A stretch of 64,000 nucleotides of DNA from Octopus vulgaris. Taxonomy: Eukaryota. The stretch is taken from NCBI GenBank assembly GCA_951406725.2, contig OX597835.1, forward strand, positions 8,184,001 through 8,248,000, in the 5' to 3' direction. Made by a program: the position numbers and the translations under genes. Below the pieces are notes generated by a model. The model made no database searches. It was not told the origin of the DNA and saw only the letters and a program-made list of their open reading frames with translations. This document shows, piece by piece, positions 12,552 to 27,541 of the stretch (positions are counted from its first letter, which is position 1; every line of letters begins with the position of its first letter).

Positions 12552-14029
12552 TATATAAATACTTACACAGCCACACACGCACGCAAGCCCACACACACAC
12601 ACGCGCACGCGCATGCGCGATTCTTCATCGACAGCGATCTCATTTTCCCTTCATCCTCAACTCGAAGATATGGGCACAAGTTTCCAGTCTCGATAACGTT
12701 AACCAAATTATTTGTTTTACTCTCTAACCACCGTTGCCAGCTTTTATTCTACTCCCATCTTCTCCAAAACAGCATCGTTCGATCTATTGGCCACGCAACT
12801 GGCCTGCAACGCATTCCCGTAGTACGTCATCTCGTGAGCCCTCGGTCGCGTCAATTACTGTATCCATAATAAGGTTTCATGCTTTGTTACCCATTCTTGT
12901 AACAGATCTGTAAGATGAGCTAGTGAACAGCGGACCACACGAGAGAGGTTTTCGTTGCAATGTTGAAGATTGCAAGCACCGCTTGTAGCTCAGGCTGCTG
13001 TAACATAGTCCACACCACCCACATTAGTAAGAGCTTATTAAGAACCCTGCTGAAGAAGATTGATTAGCTTGTCGAAATATTACTCGACGACGTTTGGGGT
13101 TTCCTATCCTAAAAGACCGGGTATAAAGGAACAGATTTGTGGCCCAGGATTACCATGGAGAAAACCAGGGAATATAGTGTTTCCTTATATATATAGTTCT
13201 TTAAAAACAAAATTCGCCCCACTCGAGTTTGCTCCGTTGTGAAATCTGTTACAGATGATGGGGTCGTAAGTTCAGCAACCGATTTCCTGTGCAGACTGTA
13301 CAATGGACATCAGACGTCTGTTAGGGTGGAACGCGAGTTCGTCGACAGGTTTAAAACCCGAAAGAAATTCGATAAAGGTGGCTCGTTTCACCTGTCTACT
13401 GTAACATCCGTTGTATCAGGTGAGGTGGAGCTCGGCCGAATCGGTGTGTACGTGCGACAGCGGCCGGTGGCTTAAAGAATAAGACGTATGAGCGTGTGGC
13501 AATATTCATGTATGTTTGAATGTGTGTATTGTTCTCTATAATTTTCTTGACTTTATTTCTTTATCTGGTGGTAGTGAAGGGTGGGGTTGAGGCTAAAAGT
13601 ATGTTGTCATTCGTTGCGGCAACATTAAAAGTTATTCCAATTTACTATTACTTTAAACTTCCAAAACTCCACATTTTATTGCATTTAACCCGGACTTTTT
13701 GCTTCTATGGCATCATGTGCACACTCTTTAATTATAGTTTAAGTTCAAAAGTCTATGTTGGTGGTAGAGATAATCTCAACCAAGAAACTATGTGTAAAGG
13801 GGGTCCGAGTGCGTATGTGTGTGTGTATGTGTGTGGTTTGTGCGTAATATCATACCTTGATACAGAGATAGCCGCCGAGAGTCCGCTGCTATATGTAATC
13901 ATAGCTATTTAGTTTAAAATCTTCTAATTTGAACGGTCAAAATCGTGATAGGACTTAAGTCTAGTGGTTAACGCGGATAAACGTTTTCTTCCCCGTCAGT
14001 CGCACCTGCGCCCGCGGACACGCAGACAA

Positions 14030-14065
<36 letters not shown>

Positions 14066-14123
14066 GTATATATGAATATACACATGCATATATATATATA
14101 TACACACACACAAACGTTTGAGT

Positions 14124-14160
<37 letters not shown>

Positions 14161-14167
14161 CATACAT

Positions 14168-14220
<53 letters not shown>

Positions 14221-14388
14221 CACACACACACACAAACACACACATATACTCTCACAAACACATGCACACACAGGGAACACAGACATAATTATGAGTTAAA
14301 TTCAAATTGCATAGCATAAACAGTACTTAGATTTCTTTGTGCATTATATATATACATATATATATATACATATATATATATATATTGC

Positions 14389-14488
<100 letters not shown>

Positions 14489-14519
14489 CATGCAAATACA
14501 CACATATACAGACAGACAG

Positions 14520-14555
<36 letters not shown>

Positions 14556-16222
14556 GCTTGTGTGTGTATTTCTGTATAATGCTAGGCTGAATACCTTCCA
14601 CACCCAACCATAACAGTTATATCTCCAATAATCTATAGATAGAGACTAAAGCCAAATTCTCTGGAAATCTGCTTCTGAGACTCTCCTCGTCAATCTCACT
14701 TCACAAACATCAATATTTTATACATCAACAGCGTTACATTGTTGCTATTCTTGTCGTTGTTATTGATGTCATTCCTTGCCATTGTCATTATTTGTAATGT
14801 TCTCCTTAATGCTATTGTTTTTCCTCATTCTTACTGCTGTTGATATATAAGTGTCGTAATTTTGTTGGTGATGTCATCGTTGGTTGTGTTATGTTTGTTT
14901 GTTGTTGTGATCGTCTAGCTGTTGTTTTATTATAGTCCGAGTTCAACCTTGAAGCATTCCAGCCGTGGCCATCTCGACATTATTTTTGAAGTATATAAGT
15001 ATACTCCATTTAATATATCTTGAACTTATTTAAAGAGGTTCGTGTTGCGTTGTGTGGGATCATTTGGTTATTATTTCTAGTGTTTGGAGCAAAATTCTCG
15101 TTAAGAGATGGTGGTGAACAGATAAAGTAATCTTTTTTCGATTGAAATTCAGAATTGAGAATATAAAGGGGCGAAGAGGAGCTAAATACTATTGGGAATT
15201 TAAACGGGCATTGTGCTATTTAGAAATCCATTGCAGCATTTAATCCGGCACCATGCTTCATTAGACCTCACATCTCCCCTAGCGTATACTTGGTTTGGTT
15301 TTCGCTCTAAACCAACATCCCTTATGAAGCGAAAATATAAACAGGGACAAATAGCTAAAGCTCCAAAAGCAGCGAATTGACAGAGGTTTTCGTCCCTTCA
15401 TCCATCAAATATCAATCAGTCTACTGGGGTCCCATATTTCAGGTTTTCTCTCTTACGCTTCCTTTCATCTTTCTTTTCTTTTGTTCGGAGTTGGAGAGGA
15501 ATCGCTGTGGGAAGAGCTGCGTGAGGCCTCTCTCACAGCGTCCACATTTTAAAAAGGAAGAAAAAATATAATAAAAACCAGCAACATTAAATAAGGGCTT
15601 AGTCCATCTCATAGAATAAAATGTTATATTTGATAAAAGTCGGAGGATGAGTCTGTGCTTTGGGTAATTCATCGATCAACGGCGCTCCAGCCGAGACTAC
15701 CTCATTATTTTTATAAACGGCAGATTCTTGTTTTAGGCATATTAAGCCTTTATTTTTACAAGCCTACCTAATAACCGTGTAGATGCTCTCTTGTTTACTG
15801 TAGATCGAGATTGTAAGATAAACACAATCTAAATATTCGTGGAACTCTAGATGTCATGAAACCAGTTCGACATTCTTTAGAGATATGAGTATTATGTAAT
15901 GATGTCGATGAATAGTAAGGTATTGTGACTGAGAAAATGACGTAGAGAACCAGCCTCTCCCTTTCTCCGCTTAAATCTCTCTCACTCTCTCTGTCTCTCT
16001 CTCTCTCTCTCTTCTTCTCTTTCAGCACTTACCCTACAAACCCTGATAAGATTTTGAAACTGAAGTTTCATCAGGTTTACGTAATAACTTCGTAAACTGA
16101 ATCTACGTTAGAACATGTAAACAAATCAAATTGATAACAATTTAGACACACATAACAGACACACAAACAATACGTCACGTGCACTACCTTGCATTAGATA
16201 TATAAGTTACATACATTGCGTA

Positions 16223-16440
16223 CCAGGGGGGTGCGGACAAGTTTCTGGCTTTGGTTTGATGAAAATACAGGAGAATCGGTTAATTGTGATTTTATTCAAC
16301 GTATTCCACTCTCAGATTCGCACACTTATCGCGGCGGTCATTCAGTTCTTCTAAGCTCTGCAAAAGAGCTCGGAAGATTGGTCTTCCGTGCATGCCTTTC
16401 CCGAAACCCTTAAAGCCAGAAACTTTTCAGCACCCGCCCG
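16223..16440. mobile_element. Tc1/mariner-type MITE
   Basis: TA-flanked imperfect TIRs of about 28 bp: ccaggggggtgcggacaagtttctggcttt ... aaagccagaaacttttcagcacccgcccg. Confidence 0.8.
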
Positions 16441-16584
16441 TACACGCATGCAAGCATAGACACATACATCGATACATAGATACACGCACAAGTAGTTATA
16501 TACACACACAAGTAGCTACACATATACACATACAGTAGCTACAAATATACACAAATGCATAGTTTCATATATACACCCATAGAA

Positions 16585-16817
16585 GGGCGGCGAGCTGGCA
16601 GAAACGTTTAGCACGCCGGACGAAATGCGTAGCCGTATTTCGTCTGTCGTTACGTTCTGAGTTCAAATTCCGCCGAGGTCGACTTTGCCTTTCATCCTTT
16701 CGGGGTCGATAAATAAAGTACCAGTTTCCCACTGGAGTCGATGTAATCGACTTAATTCCTTTGTCTGTCCTTGTTTGTCCCCTCTATGTTTAGCCCCTTG
16801 TGGGCAGTAAAGAAATA
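16585..16817 (+). mobile_element. SINE family B, full length, B1 tail
   Basis: Matches 4472-4703; 18-bp TSD with one mismatch catatataca(c/t)ccataga at 16566-16583 and 16818-16835. Confidence 0.93.
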
Positions 16818-19172
16818 CATATATACATCCATAGATACATCAATAAATATATAGTTACATTTACTCGTAAAACCATCCATGCAGTCGATACATACATGAC
16901 TAAATTTGAAAGGGAGAATGTGAGAAGGCAGACGATGTATACAAGACTGGCATCAACTGACCATTCGCTCTGAAATAGTGAAATTGACCGAATAAAACAA
17001 GAGAAAATGGCGGAAAAATCGGTTTCGTCTCAAATGTTGTATTGAGTTACCAGAACATTGTTTAGATCAGTCAGGTTATATTGTTATCATTCCATTATAC
17101 TTGATTGTAGTTAAGTATAATTGTTTGTTTTGAGGAACGAAACATGTCACAACCGACATAACAGTTCGAATTTTATACAGAGCGTGTGACTAGGAATATT
17201 TCATAGATTTTTTTAAGGTCAGATGTGACAGTCATTGAATGTCATATATTATCAGTAAAGCAGCTCCTGATAAAAGCCAATCTCTAGAAACAAATATATC
17301 AGTCAAGCGTTTAAAGGTGAGGCAAGCAACATCATGTGAGCGAGAGAGAAACACTTGAGTGTCTCTCATGTGAAAACACAACTGATGAGTCGAATGAGAG
17401 AAAGGTGTTGGGTGGAGAGAAGGGTGCAATTGAGTGAGAAAGAGGGCAGGGGAGAGAGGGTGGGTGAGAGAGGGAGAGTGAGGTGGGGGTGAGTGAAAGT
17501 GGGGGAGTGAGCGAGAGAGCGGGTGAGTGAGAGACGGAAAGTGAGTGAGAAGCGGGGGCGGATGAGAAACTGATTGCATTTCAATAACCTGATATGCTTT
17601 AGAAAGTCATTGCTAAAACCTCTTTGATCACAGGTCTTTATGCAAAGGGATGAACACCAGCTACGTAACAAAAGCAACAACAACGACAACAAATCTTATG
17701 TATGCAAATTTCACACCTCCCCGTGAGAACCGGGTCAATGTTGACTCATCGTTGCCACTCCTGAAACCCTTACCTCTACATTACGTTATATTTAGAAGGT
17801 TATGCCGTTGCAGTCTTGAAACAAAAGATGAATAGCTGAAAGATAGCTGGGGACCAAAGAATATATTGTGAAGCCCTTCTAAAATAATGTTTACGTCACA
17901 TTTTTATGGAATATCTTTCAAAAATTTAATTGCATTTGATCGGTAATATTATTTAAATACAAAGTGTCTATGAGTATTTTAGTATTTTTATTAATATATT
18001 ATTATATGCCGTCTTTAAGTACATTGCTGTTTCCTGCAGTTCATGGGTTTTTAGTGTTTCAACAGCCAGAGATCCTCACCCAGTTGATCCAGCCAGCTTG
18101 TCCCCACCAGTGCTTCAAATAACAATACCTCTTCCAGAGATCTCGCTTTCTGATTCATAGCCATTTCGAAGCTAGTTCTGTTGTCTTCATAGTCAATGCG
18201 ATTACCATTCATTCACAATATCTTGTGTTGCCCTAAGACTTTCTAACATATATAAGGGTGCCTAAATTTGGAGGAGGGTGAGTGTCGAGCCCCAAACTTT
18301 AATTCCCAGCCTCGAATGGACGAAATGTCGATATTTGGACTCAGGACGCAATGGTTTGTATGTGAATACTCTCAATGCATCTAACAAATTTGTCACTTCA
18401 CCATCCTCAATTATTTCTCACACAAACACAAAACCAGATGTTTGTGGGAGCGATTAGTCGATGAAGTCACGTCAGCTCTATGGTAGTTGGTATTTAATTT
18501 AATCGACCCCAGATAAATAAAATGCAAAACAGACCTCAGTGAAATTTGAACTCAGAAAATATAAGCGATGTAAGAAAATATAGCCAGACATATTGTCCAG
18601 AACCTAAAATATTTTACTTACATTGCGTCAAACAGCAGTCTCGTTTCAATACTATGGATACAAGTACAATGTTTTTAATCGTACCTCCGTTCTATACAAG
18701 TAAACATCTTTCAGCTGTCCACCATCTGGGGTTTGATGATATGTCTGTAATGACTACGTATCTGATTCTCCCATTCTGTCAGTCATAAATGAAGGGCAAA
18801 TGTCTGAAAAGTTAGACTCTAAAACCCCCAAATCAACTGAACCGTCTTAACCTAATTTTTGTATCATCTAAGTAACGCCAATGATAGATTTGAGTTTTCA
18901 AAAGTGTCGTACTCATCCGGGGCGGAGCTCGAGTTTAAGAGAGCTACAAGAACAGCAACAAAAACAAACTAACTCTAAATAATAAAAAAAAACCTTTCTT
19001 GGAAAGTTAATAAGGTCATGTACAATATAGTTTTCGTGTTTCCTGAATTTCATATAATATGAGAGCAAAAGATTCCTGAGTAAAGAAATTGATGAATGGT
19101 GACAAGAGGGAAGAAAAGGAAGAAAAGGAGATGAGAATTTATGAGAGACTGCGAAGTTCATGCAGACAGGGA

Positions 19173-19341
<169 letters not shown>

Positions 19342-19464
19342 TCAGAACAAATGGTTTGTGTATATACGTATGTAACTATTTGAGAGACGGAATGAAAGAG
19401 TATTGGTGGTAGATTGTTAAAAATAGAAAGGGAGAGAGAAATGAAACGTAGTGGGAGAGAAAGA

Positions 19465-19495
<31 letters not shown>

Positions 19496-20527
19496 TACAC
19501 GCGCATTCATAATACGTACTTACACATATACATACATGCACCCACCCACCGACTCACATACATACTTATATACATGTATACGTACATTAGAATGTCAGAA
19601 AAAAAACTCGACCAGAATGTATGTATAGATATAAAAGTGTACATAGGAAAGAGAAAGAGAAAGAGAACGACAGAATGAAATGAGAGAAGAAATCAGGGAT
19701 GAGTCCGAGTGCCTGGAGCCAGTTCATTATAGCGATTCAGTAAATCTAAACAGAGTTGTCCTTTAAACATAAGCAACCGAAGATTTGCTGAAACAGCAAC
19801 CTATCTTATTGACTCTTTGTGTTGGTGCACAAACCATTTAGAAAGAACAATATCGTCTGATTGTATCGTATCTACTTCATGATAGCAACTCCTTTTATCT
19901 CTACCATGTTAAGTGAAGTACAACGGCGACCCAGCAGGGGATTTCAAATATGAAAGCAGATAGGATAAATTAAATAACAGAAGCCATTTATTTCGATGCT
20001 TAATCAATTCTGCGGCTTAACGTCGAAGATTTTATAACAGCAGCGGCCTAAACAGTTTTTTCTGTTTTTTTTTTTTTGAAGTTTATGACAGATTTGGTGT
20101 TCAAATATAGAAAAAAAAATATTTTGCCATAGTATGCGTGGGAGATGTGTGTGCGTTTGTGGGGCGGTGCTGTTTGTATGTGTGCGCATGTATGTATGTG
20201 TGCGTGTGTAAAAAGGAGAGAGAAACACATATACATTGATTTCAGTTTTTTAATATATCTAAAGATATGGTGGTGATAAATTGTCAGAATCGATGGTGTG
20301 AAAGTTAAAGTTTTGCAGTATCTGTGATGGATCATCAAGTACAACATTACTATTCACCCATCCAGGTTTCATAACATAAAATACCAGCTAAGTATTGGGG
20401 ATCGATTTCATTGATCATTCGCTTCCCTCAGTTATAGTTCCTTGTAAACAGTTCAGAAATTATTTAGTGCAAAATGATAGGATTCTCACCAATGGCGCTG
20501 ATATCATGCAATGATCGAAAATTCTTT

Positions 20528-20937
20528 TATTCTTTTTTACTGCTTTCAGTCATTTGACTGCGGCCATGCTGGAGCACCGCCTTTAATTGAGCAAATCGAC
20601 CCCGGGACTTATTCTTTGTAAGCCCAGTACTTATTCTATCGGTCTCTTTTGCCGAACCGCTAAGTGACGGGGACGTAAACACACCAGCATCGGTTGTCAA
20701 GCGATGCTGAGGGGACAAACACAGACACACAAACACATACATACACACACATATATATACATATACATATATACGACAGGCTTCTTTCAGTTTCCGTCTA
20801 CCAAATCCACTCACAAGGCACTGGTCGGCCCGAGGCTATAGCAGAAGACACTTGCCCAAGATGCCACGCAGTGGGACTGAACCCGGAACCATGTGGTTGG
20901 TTAGCAAGCTACTTACCACACAGCCACTCCTGCGCCT
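20528..20937 (-). mobile_element. SINE family A, full length
   Basis: Same sequence as other A copies, reverse orientation. Confidence 0.93.
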
Positions 20938-21126
20938 ATATTTACAATTTTATAAAATTAATTGGTAAACAATTAAAATCAGTTCTTTTAGAAGATTTTT
21001 TTCTTGCTAAACTTTATTCTATTCTTGGCAACACCTTTGCTGCTCTGAAACAAAATGAAAGAATTGGTTGTTTGTCACTGTTTCATCAATGTCTCGTTAA
21101 ACTTGAATGCTGCTTGTTTTGATTCT

Positions 21127-21189
21127 ATTGGTTGACACGGCAACCGTTTGCAGTGACGAGCGGCGGCCATATTAGTTACATAAAAACAA
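21127..21189. promoter_or_regulatory. Candidate promoter/enhancer motif cluster
   Basis: ATTGG (reverse CCAAT), X-box-like GTTGACACGGCAAC, TGACG, YY1-like GCGGCCATATT, TTACATAA, AAAACAA within about 63 bp of non-repetitive, CpG-containing DNA. Confidence 0.3.
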
Positions 21190-21751
21190 CACATAATCCT
21201 GAGTTAATCACTAAAACCTCTGCATTGTATTCCCAGTATAGATAAATGCAGACGTTGCCGAATGGTTGGAAAGTTCTATTCGACCTAAAAAAAAACTGAG
21301 TTTGCCATCTGCGATGTGTACCTTTTATAATGGCATCTCTTGTCGACACGTGGGCGACATTGCAGGGGATGAGGAAATTATGTGGAAATTCATTAGGCGG
21401 AGTGTCTCTCTAGTTTAACAGTCTACACACTCACTCTCACTCACGCGCGCACACACACATGTATACATGTGTATGTGTGTGTGCGTTGTGTGTGTATGTA
21501 CACACATACAAGCATATATACACTGGGGCTAGTGTTAGGCAAAAGACAGTCCAAAATACTGATACATACACATACACATACACACATACATATAAACACA
21601 CACACACATATACATATTACACAGAGGCATATATGCGTTTACACACGCTCACACTAATATTTAAAAAGCGAAGGAGAAAGGAGAAGGATGTCTATGCATA
21701 CATACAGCTATTCTGTTTTCATGTTTCCCTCTGAAAATCTATATGTTTGTA

Positions 21752-21797
<46 letters not shown>

Positions 21798-21953
21798 TGA
21801 GTGATTGTGTTTAGTTACTTGGTAACTTTCACGGAGTTCATTGCGTATAAATACGGGAAGTGTAAATCTGTGAGCGCCTGTGTACTCGTATATAGGTGTT
21901 TATATATAGGTGTATATATATGTATATATAGGTGTGTATATATAGGTGTATAT

Positions 21954-21997
<44 letters not shown>

Positions 21998-22008
21998 TAT
22001 ATATATAG

Positions 22009-22057
<49 letters not shown>

Positions 22058-22878
22058 GTGTGTGTGTGTGTATCTGGTCTGAAGTTATTGGTGAGTTCAT
22101 GTATTTATATTTGTCTTTTCAAAAGAGAAGCCGCATAATTCCGTTTTGTTAATTCATCTTGAAACTCTCACCATTCACAGCTTCCAAATCATTCAAAAAA
22201 GTTTTTCATTTCTTCAGCCTGGCAACAAATCTTTTTCTCATTTTCTTCCATTTCTCTCTCCCAGACTCTCTTCTCCTTTCAATACAATTTAATTGCTACA
22301 CTGGTCATTTCTGTTATCTTTTACAAATTTTTACGTTTTCTTCTTGTTTGGAAGAACTTTATTTTAAAATAGCTTCTTTTTTTTTTTTTACTTAAATATT
22401 TGTTTATCCACTTCCGACTCTGTTAAGCTTTTGTCTGCTGTGGTCACTGCTAGTTTTCTTTATTTAGCTGTAGATCAATCATGTCAGACGTGTAGACAAA
22501 ACTGTTTTATTGTTAGTGGCTTCACTGACTATATATCATAATGTAACACGTAAATTAAAGACGACTTGGCTGCTATTTCTAACAGGATTATTAACAGCGT
22601 ACAGGTTCCCTTGCATTGCTACCTCTGTTCTATTTTTAGTTACTATACACCAGTGGTTCCTAGCTCTTCCCTCCACTCACGACCACAATCATAGATCCCT
22701 TTCTGCTGCAAATTTAATTAACCCATCATTTTGTTATTGGTACATTCATCGATCCCTTTTGGCCGCCCCATTATCGCTACCGCTCTTCTTATTGATTGTG
22801 GTGACACAAGTGTTATTGATGCTAGTGAATGTGATGTTTGTGACGATTATAGTTTTGTTGCCAATAAATAGGAATATG

Positions 22879-23468
22879 AGGCACGGCCTGGCAGAATGGT
22901 TAGCACGCCGGGTGAAACGCTTAGCGGCATTTCGTCTACCGTTACGTTCTGAGTTCAAATTTCGCCGAGATCGACTTTGCCTTTCATCCTTTCAGGGTCG
23001 ATAAATTAAGTACCAGTTACGCACTCGTGTCTATATAATCGACTTAATCCGTTTGTCTGTCCTTGTTTGTCCTCTCTGTGTTTAGCCCATTGTGGGTAGT
23101 AAAGAAATAGAAATAGGTATTTCGTCTGTCTTCTTGCTCTGTCTTCTTCCGCCGAGCTCGAATTTGCCTTTCATCCTTTCAGGGTCGAGTAAATAAGTAC
23201 CAGTTACGCACTGGGGTCGATGTTATCGACTTAATCCGTTTGTCTGTCCTTGTTTGTCCCCTCTATGTTTAGCCCCTTGTGGGTAGTAAAGAAATAGAAA
23301 TAGGTATTTCGTCTGTCTTCTTGCTCTGAATTCAAATGCCGCAGGGATCGACTTTGCCTTTCATCCTCTCGGGGTCGATAAATTAAGTACCGGTGAAACA
23401 TTGGGGTCGATACAATCGACTCAGCCCCTTACCCAAAATATCAGGCCTTGTGCTTATAGTAGAAAGGA
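22879..23468 (+). mobile_element. SINE family B trimer (one head, three bodies; tails B1, B1, B2)
   Basis: Junction aaagaaatagaaataggtatttcgtctgtcttcttgctctg at about 23101 and 23288; last unit ends in ggccttgtgcttatagtagaaagga. Confidence 0.9.
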
Positions 23469-23867
23469 ATAAATAGGAATATGGACATTGCTGGGTAAAT
23501 GATTGCCTGTATTTGATATAATTATTGTAGCAATAACGCAATCGGTTGGCAACATCGTTTGAACACAGATATACCTTGCATTTTACTCTGGTACTTTGCG
23601 TTCTGAGTTCAACTCTCACCGAGCTTGTCTTAGCCCTATACTCTTGAGGAGTTTCGCTAAGTTAAGAAAATAAAATAGCAGCCCCTTTTGGGTGTCGTTC
23701 CACTCACTCCCCTTTCTTCCATTTTTACTCCTTTTCCGTCCCGATCTCTTCAGAATGAAATGTACCCTGGAAGATTGTTTGGAACAATAAATTTCCAAAG
23801 TCCATCATAAATATTTCTAGATTTTTACACTGTCATCTTGAACAACAACAGTCAATGCAAATGTTCC

Positions 23868-24123
23868 GTCAATGCAATGACTCCTCACAATGCAATGACT
23901 CGTCAACAGTCAATGCAATGACTCCTCACAATGCAATGACTCGTCAACAGTCAATGCAATGACTCCTCACAATGCAATGACTCGTCAACAGTCAATCCTA
24001 TGACTCCTCACAATGCAATGACTCGTCAACAGTCAATGCAATAACTCCTCAACAGTCAATGCAATGACTCCTCAACAGTCAATGCAATGACTCCTCAACA
24101 GTCATTGCAATGACTCCTCACAA
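23868..24123. repeat. Minisatellite: four 41-bp units followed by four 23-bp units
   Basis: 41-mer gtcaatgcaatgactcctcacaatgcaatgactcgtcaaca x4 (23868-24031), then gtcaatgcaatgactcctcaaca x4 (24032-24123, last one imperfect). Confidence 0.95.
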
Positions 24124-24704
24124 ATTATTTTTTTTAGACATAGCCTTACATAACTCACTCGGTAGTCTGTAGGGAAATGTGCGCACGGGCGAAATGTCAG
24201 CTGGGATAAAAACAAAATAAAAAAAAAGAAAAGGATATATGATTACATCACTGGAAAATTATATCGAAAAGATAACTAATGTCGATTATCTTGTCACATC
24301 AACAAGGCCAATGACATGCCGCTGATAGGCGAAATATTGGCTACTTCAGATAAACTACTTGTTGCTCCAGAAAAGACAATAGAGGACAGATACGAGAACT
24401 TGTTTTACACATATAACTTGAAATTGAATTCGATTGTTTTTATTGACATTTATTTCAAATTTGTTTTGTTCGATAACCTAAATCAGAGAAGTTTACTGTT
24501 TACTGTAAGATGCTTTGTTCATAGTTTTTGATACCGGCGTAGAACCTACGTGATTACTCTTTGTAACGGGTATTTCAGCTGTAAGCATAGTATAGTAGTT
24601 AGGTTCCGTGGTGTGGTGGTGTGCGACAGAGAAATTGTGTGCAGTTGGTGGAGGTGGCGGTGGCGGCGGTGGTCCTGCGGCTGCAGTTGATGGTACTGTT
24701 GATC

Positions 24705-25049
<345 letters not shown>

Positions 25050-25409
25050 GAGAGTAGCGATCTTCGTCCCATTAGTGGGAGAAGTCCGAAACGTGGTCCT
25101 TTGCTATTCGTAAGACCCGCAGAAGAGAAAGCAGGTCAACCCCCGACACCGAGAGCATCGACGGATGGACGAATGCGCATTCAGGCTCAGCGGTTGCATA
25201 GGAAGTCGGGGACAAGAAACAGGAAGAAAAAGTGAGAGAAAGTTGGAGCGAAAGAGTACAACAAGGGTCGCCACCACCCCCTGCCAGAGCTTTGTGGAGC
25301 TTTAGGTGTTTTCGCTCAATAAACACACACAACACCCGGTCTGGGAATCGAAACCGCGATCCTCCGACTGCGAGTCCGCTGCCCTAACCACTGGACCATT
25401 GCGCCTCCA
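25050..25409 (-). mobile_element. SINE family C head with tail type T2
   Basis: tRNA-like head (TGGTCCAGTGG, GTTTCGATTCC) on minus strand; matches 5060-5433. Confidence 0.9.
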
Positions 25410-25983
25410 CTACTGTTGCTCTTGTTTTATCAGGAGCTCATTCTTTGGCGCGAAGCCCTATGACTAAATACTTTCCAGGCATCAACCAATCTATCTTTCT
25501 CCGGCACTGTGTACCTAGGACTACGGTATTCAGCTTTCGTCCCCTTTTTATAAATAATGAGAGGAAATTACCCCCACAACTTACCTAGTTTAGTGATCAG
25601 AAAGGGATTCTTTCGTTCGTTCGAAACATGAGGTCCACGTAAGAATGGATTAGATGTAGAATTACAAATGTTATAAAGGCGCAGCAGTGTTCAAAAGTTC
25701 GCTTCGTAATGATGGGGGTCACCTAGAATTATGGGGTTAGACTTCTACTTTGTGAAACCATCGACGCCGGATATAAACTACTTCAACGAGTAACATTTGG
25801 GGGAAGGTGCAATGTATGTCGGTGGGATTAAATTTAAGTTTGCAGGCTTTCTATACATAGAGTTTGCATGGAATTTGGTTAATCTGTTATTTTATTTAAT
25901 CTCTTATTTAATTTCCAGAGAACTGGAAAATTTTGATGCTGTCAACTTGATATTTACCACCCGATTTTGATACACACACACAC

Positions 25984-26041
<58 letters not shown>

Positions 26042-26186
26042 ACACACATACATACAAATATATATATACACAAATATATATATATATACACACACACACA
26101 CTCACACACACACATATATATATACACACACATAATACAAATATATATATATATACACACACACATATATATATATATACACACAA

Positions 26187-26254
<68 letters not shown>

Positions 26255-26950
26255 GGGTACAGAGAAAATAGGCAAGAAGGTGTAAGAGAGAATTGATGCA
26301 AAAGAAAGAGGAAGAAGGTAAGCAAAATAGAGGGAGAAACTGATTGCGTTCGTGTATTTGAAGGAGAGGAAGGAGAGAAGGAGTGAGTGCTTTTGATGAA
26401 AGAGCAAGAAGGAGAAAAAACAGAAAAAGAAATTTGAGAGAAAGAAAAGGTAACTGTTTAACTGTAGAGTTTATTTGCTAATATTTGTTGTTGTTATTGT
26501 TGTTGTTGTTGTTGTTGTTATTCATGTGATGTAATATTAATGTTATTGTTATTTTTAACTTGACTTCAGATAAATCAAAGAGATTCCTTTCCTTTTTCAT
26601 GGAAAAGTAAATTCTTTATTTTTTTTCTTTTATTTTTATTTTTGCAGCCGATATTCCCCCCCCCCCCCCGCACCTCACCCTCTCCCTTGAGATGTAAATG
26701 TTGATATTTTATCGAGTATTTCGTGTTGTCTCGTTATGAAACCAATCAAACAAATCGTGTATCTGCTTCGATTACGCAATCCCAAATATGATAAACGCAG
26801 CTCCAAGATGTGAAGACACCAGAAATGATTATTGCGCCATGTTGGATGCCTGCAGAGTTTTTAATTACACACACACACACACACACAAACATACGTACAT
26901 ACACATACATACACATACATACATATCTCAGCATGTCTGCATGTATGTGT

Positions 26951-26992
<42 letters not shown>

Positions 26993-27044
26993 GCACACAG
27001 GCAATTGTTGGTCGTAGTATATCCTTGTGTCTGAATATATTTTA

Positions 27045-27425
27045 CTAGCAGTATCGCCCGGCGTTGCTCGGTTTTGTAACTATATAAGCATTTTTAGAGA
27101 GTTTTAGCCAAAAAATAGCAAAAAAATGCATTAAAAATGGAAAAAAAATGCTGGTAATTTTTTTTTAAATCGTTGACTCATCGTAGACATTTTTAGAGAG
27201 TTACTTATATAATAGCGAAGAAATGTATTAAAATGGAAAAAAATTATGGTAATTTTTTTTTAATCGTAGACTCATCGTAGACGCGCGCTAATACCCAGAA
27301 GGGCTCGATATGAATCACGACTATAGGATACCCGGTTTTGGTTAAACTGCACCGCAAAATGTGGGAGTAGTTAGGAATCTAAATCGTAGGAGACAGACAC
27401 ACAACTTCACTTTTATATATAAAGA
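27045..27425 (-). mobile_element. Non-autonomous Helitron
   Basis: Minus strand starts A|TCTTTATATATAAAA and ends ccgagcaacgccgggcgatactgCTAG|T: TC and CTAG termini, subterminal GC-rich hairpin, A-T insertion site, no TSD; internal duplication of tttttagagag...attaaaatggaaaaaaa...gactcatcgtagac. Confidence 0.88.
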
Positions 27426-27541
27426 TGAGTCTCCTTCGTAGTTCTTTTGCTGAATGTATACGACTTGAGACGTAAGCTCATATATTCTATCCTGCCAACC
27501 GCCGGATGAGCTGCCTCTGAAGTCAATTGTCCCATGTTTAA

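Noticed and set aside
12786-12795. ATTGGCCACG resembling ERSE-II
   Set aside because: Lacks the required 1-nt spacer of ATTGG-N-CCACG.
17561-17835. piggyBac-like peptide hints (DEKLIAF, FTPPRENRVNVD)
   Set aside because: Motifs too short and in the wrong order.
23868-24123. CRISPR-like regular repeats
   Set aside because: No unique spacers, no cas genes, eukaryotic context.
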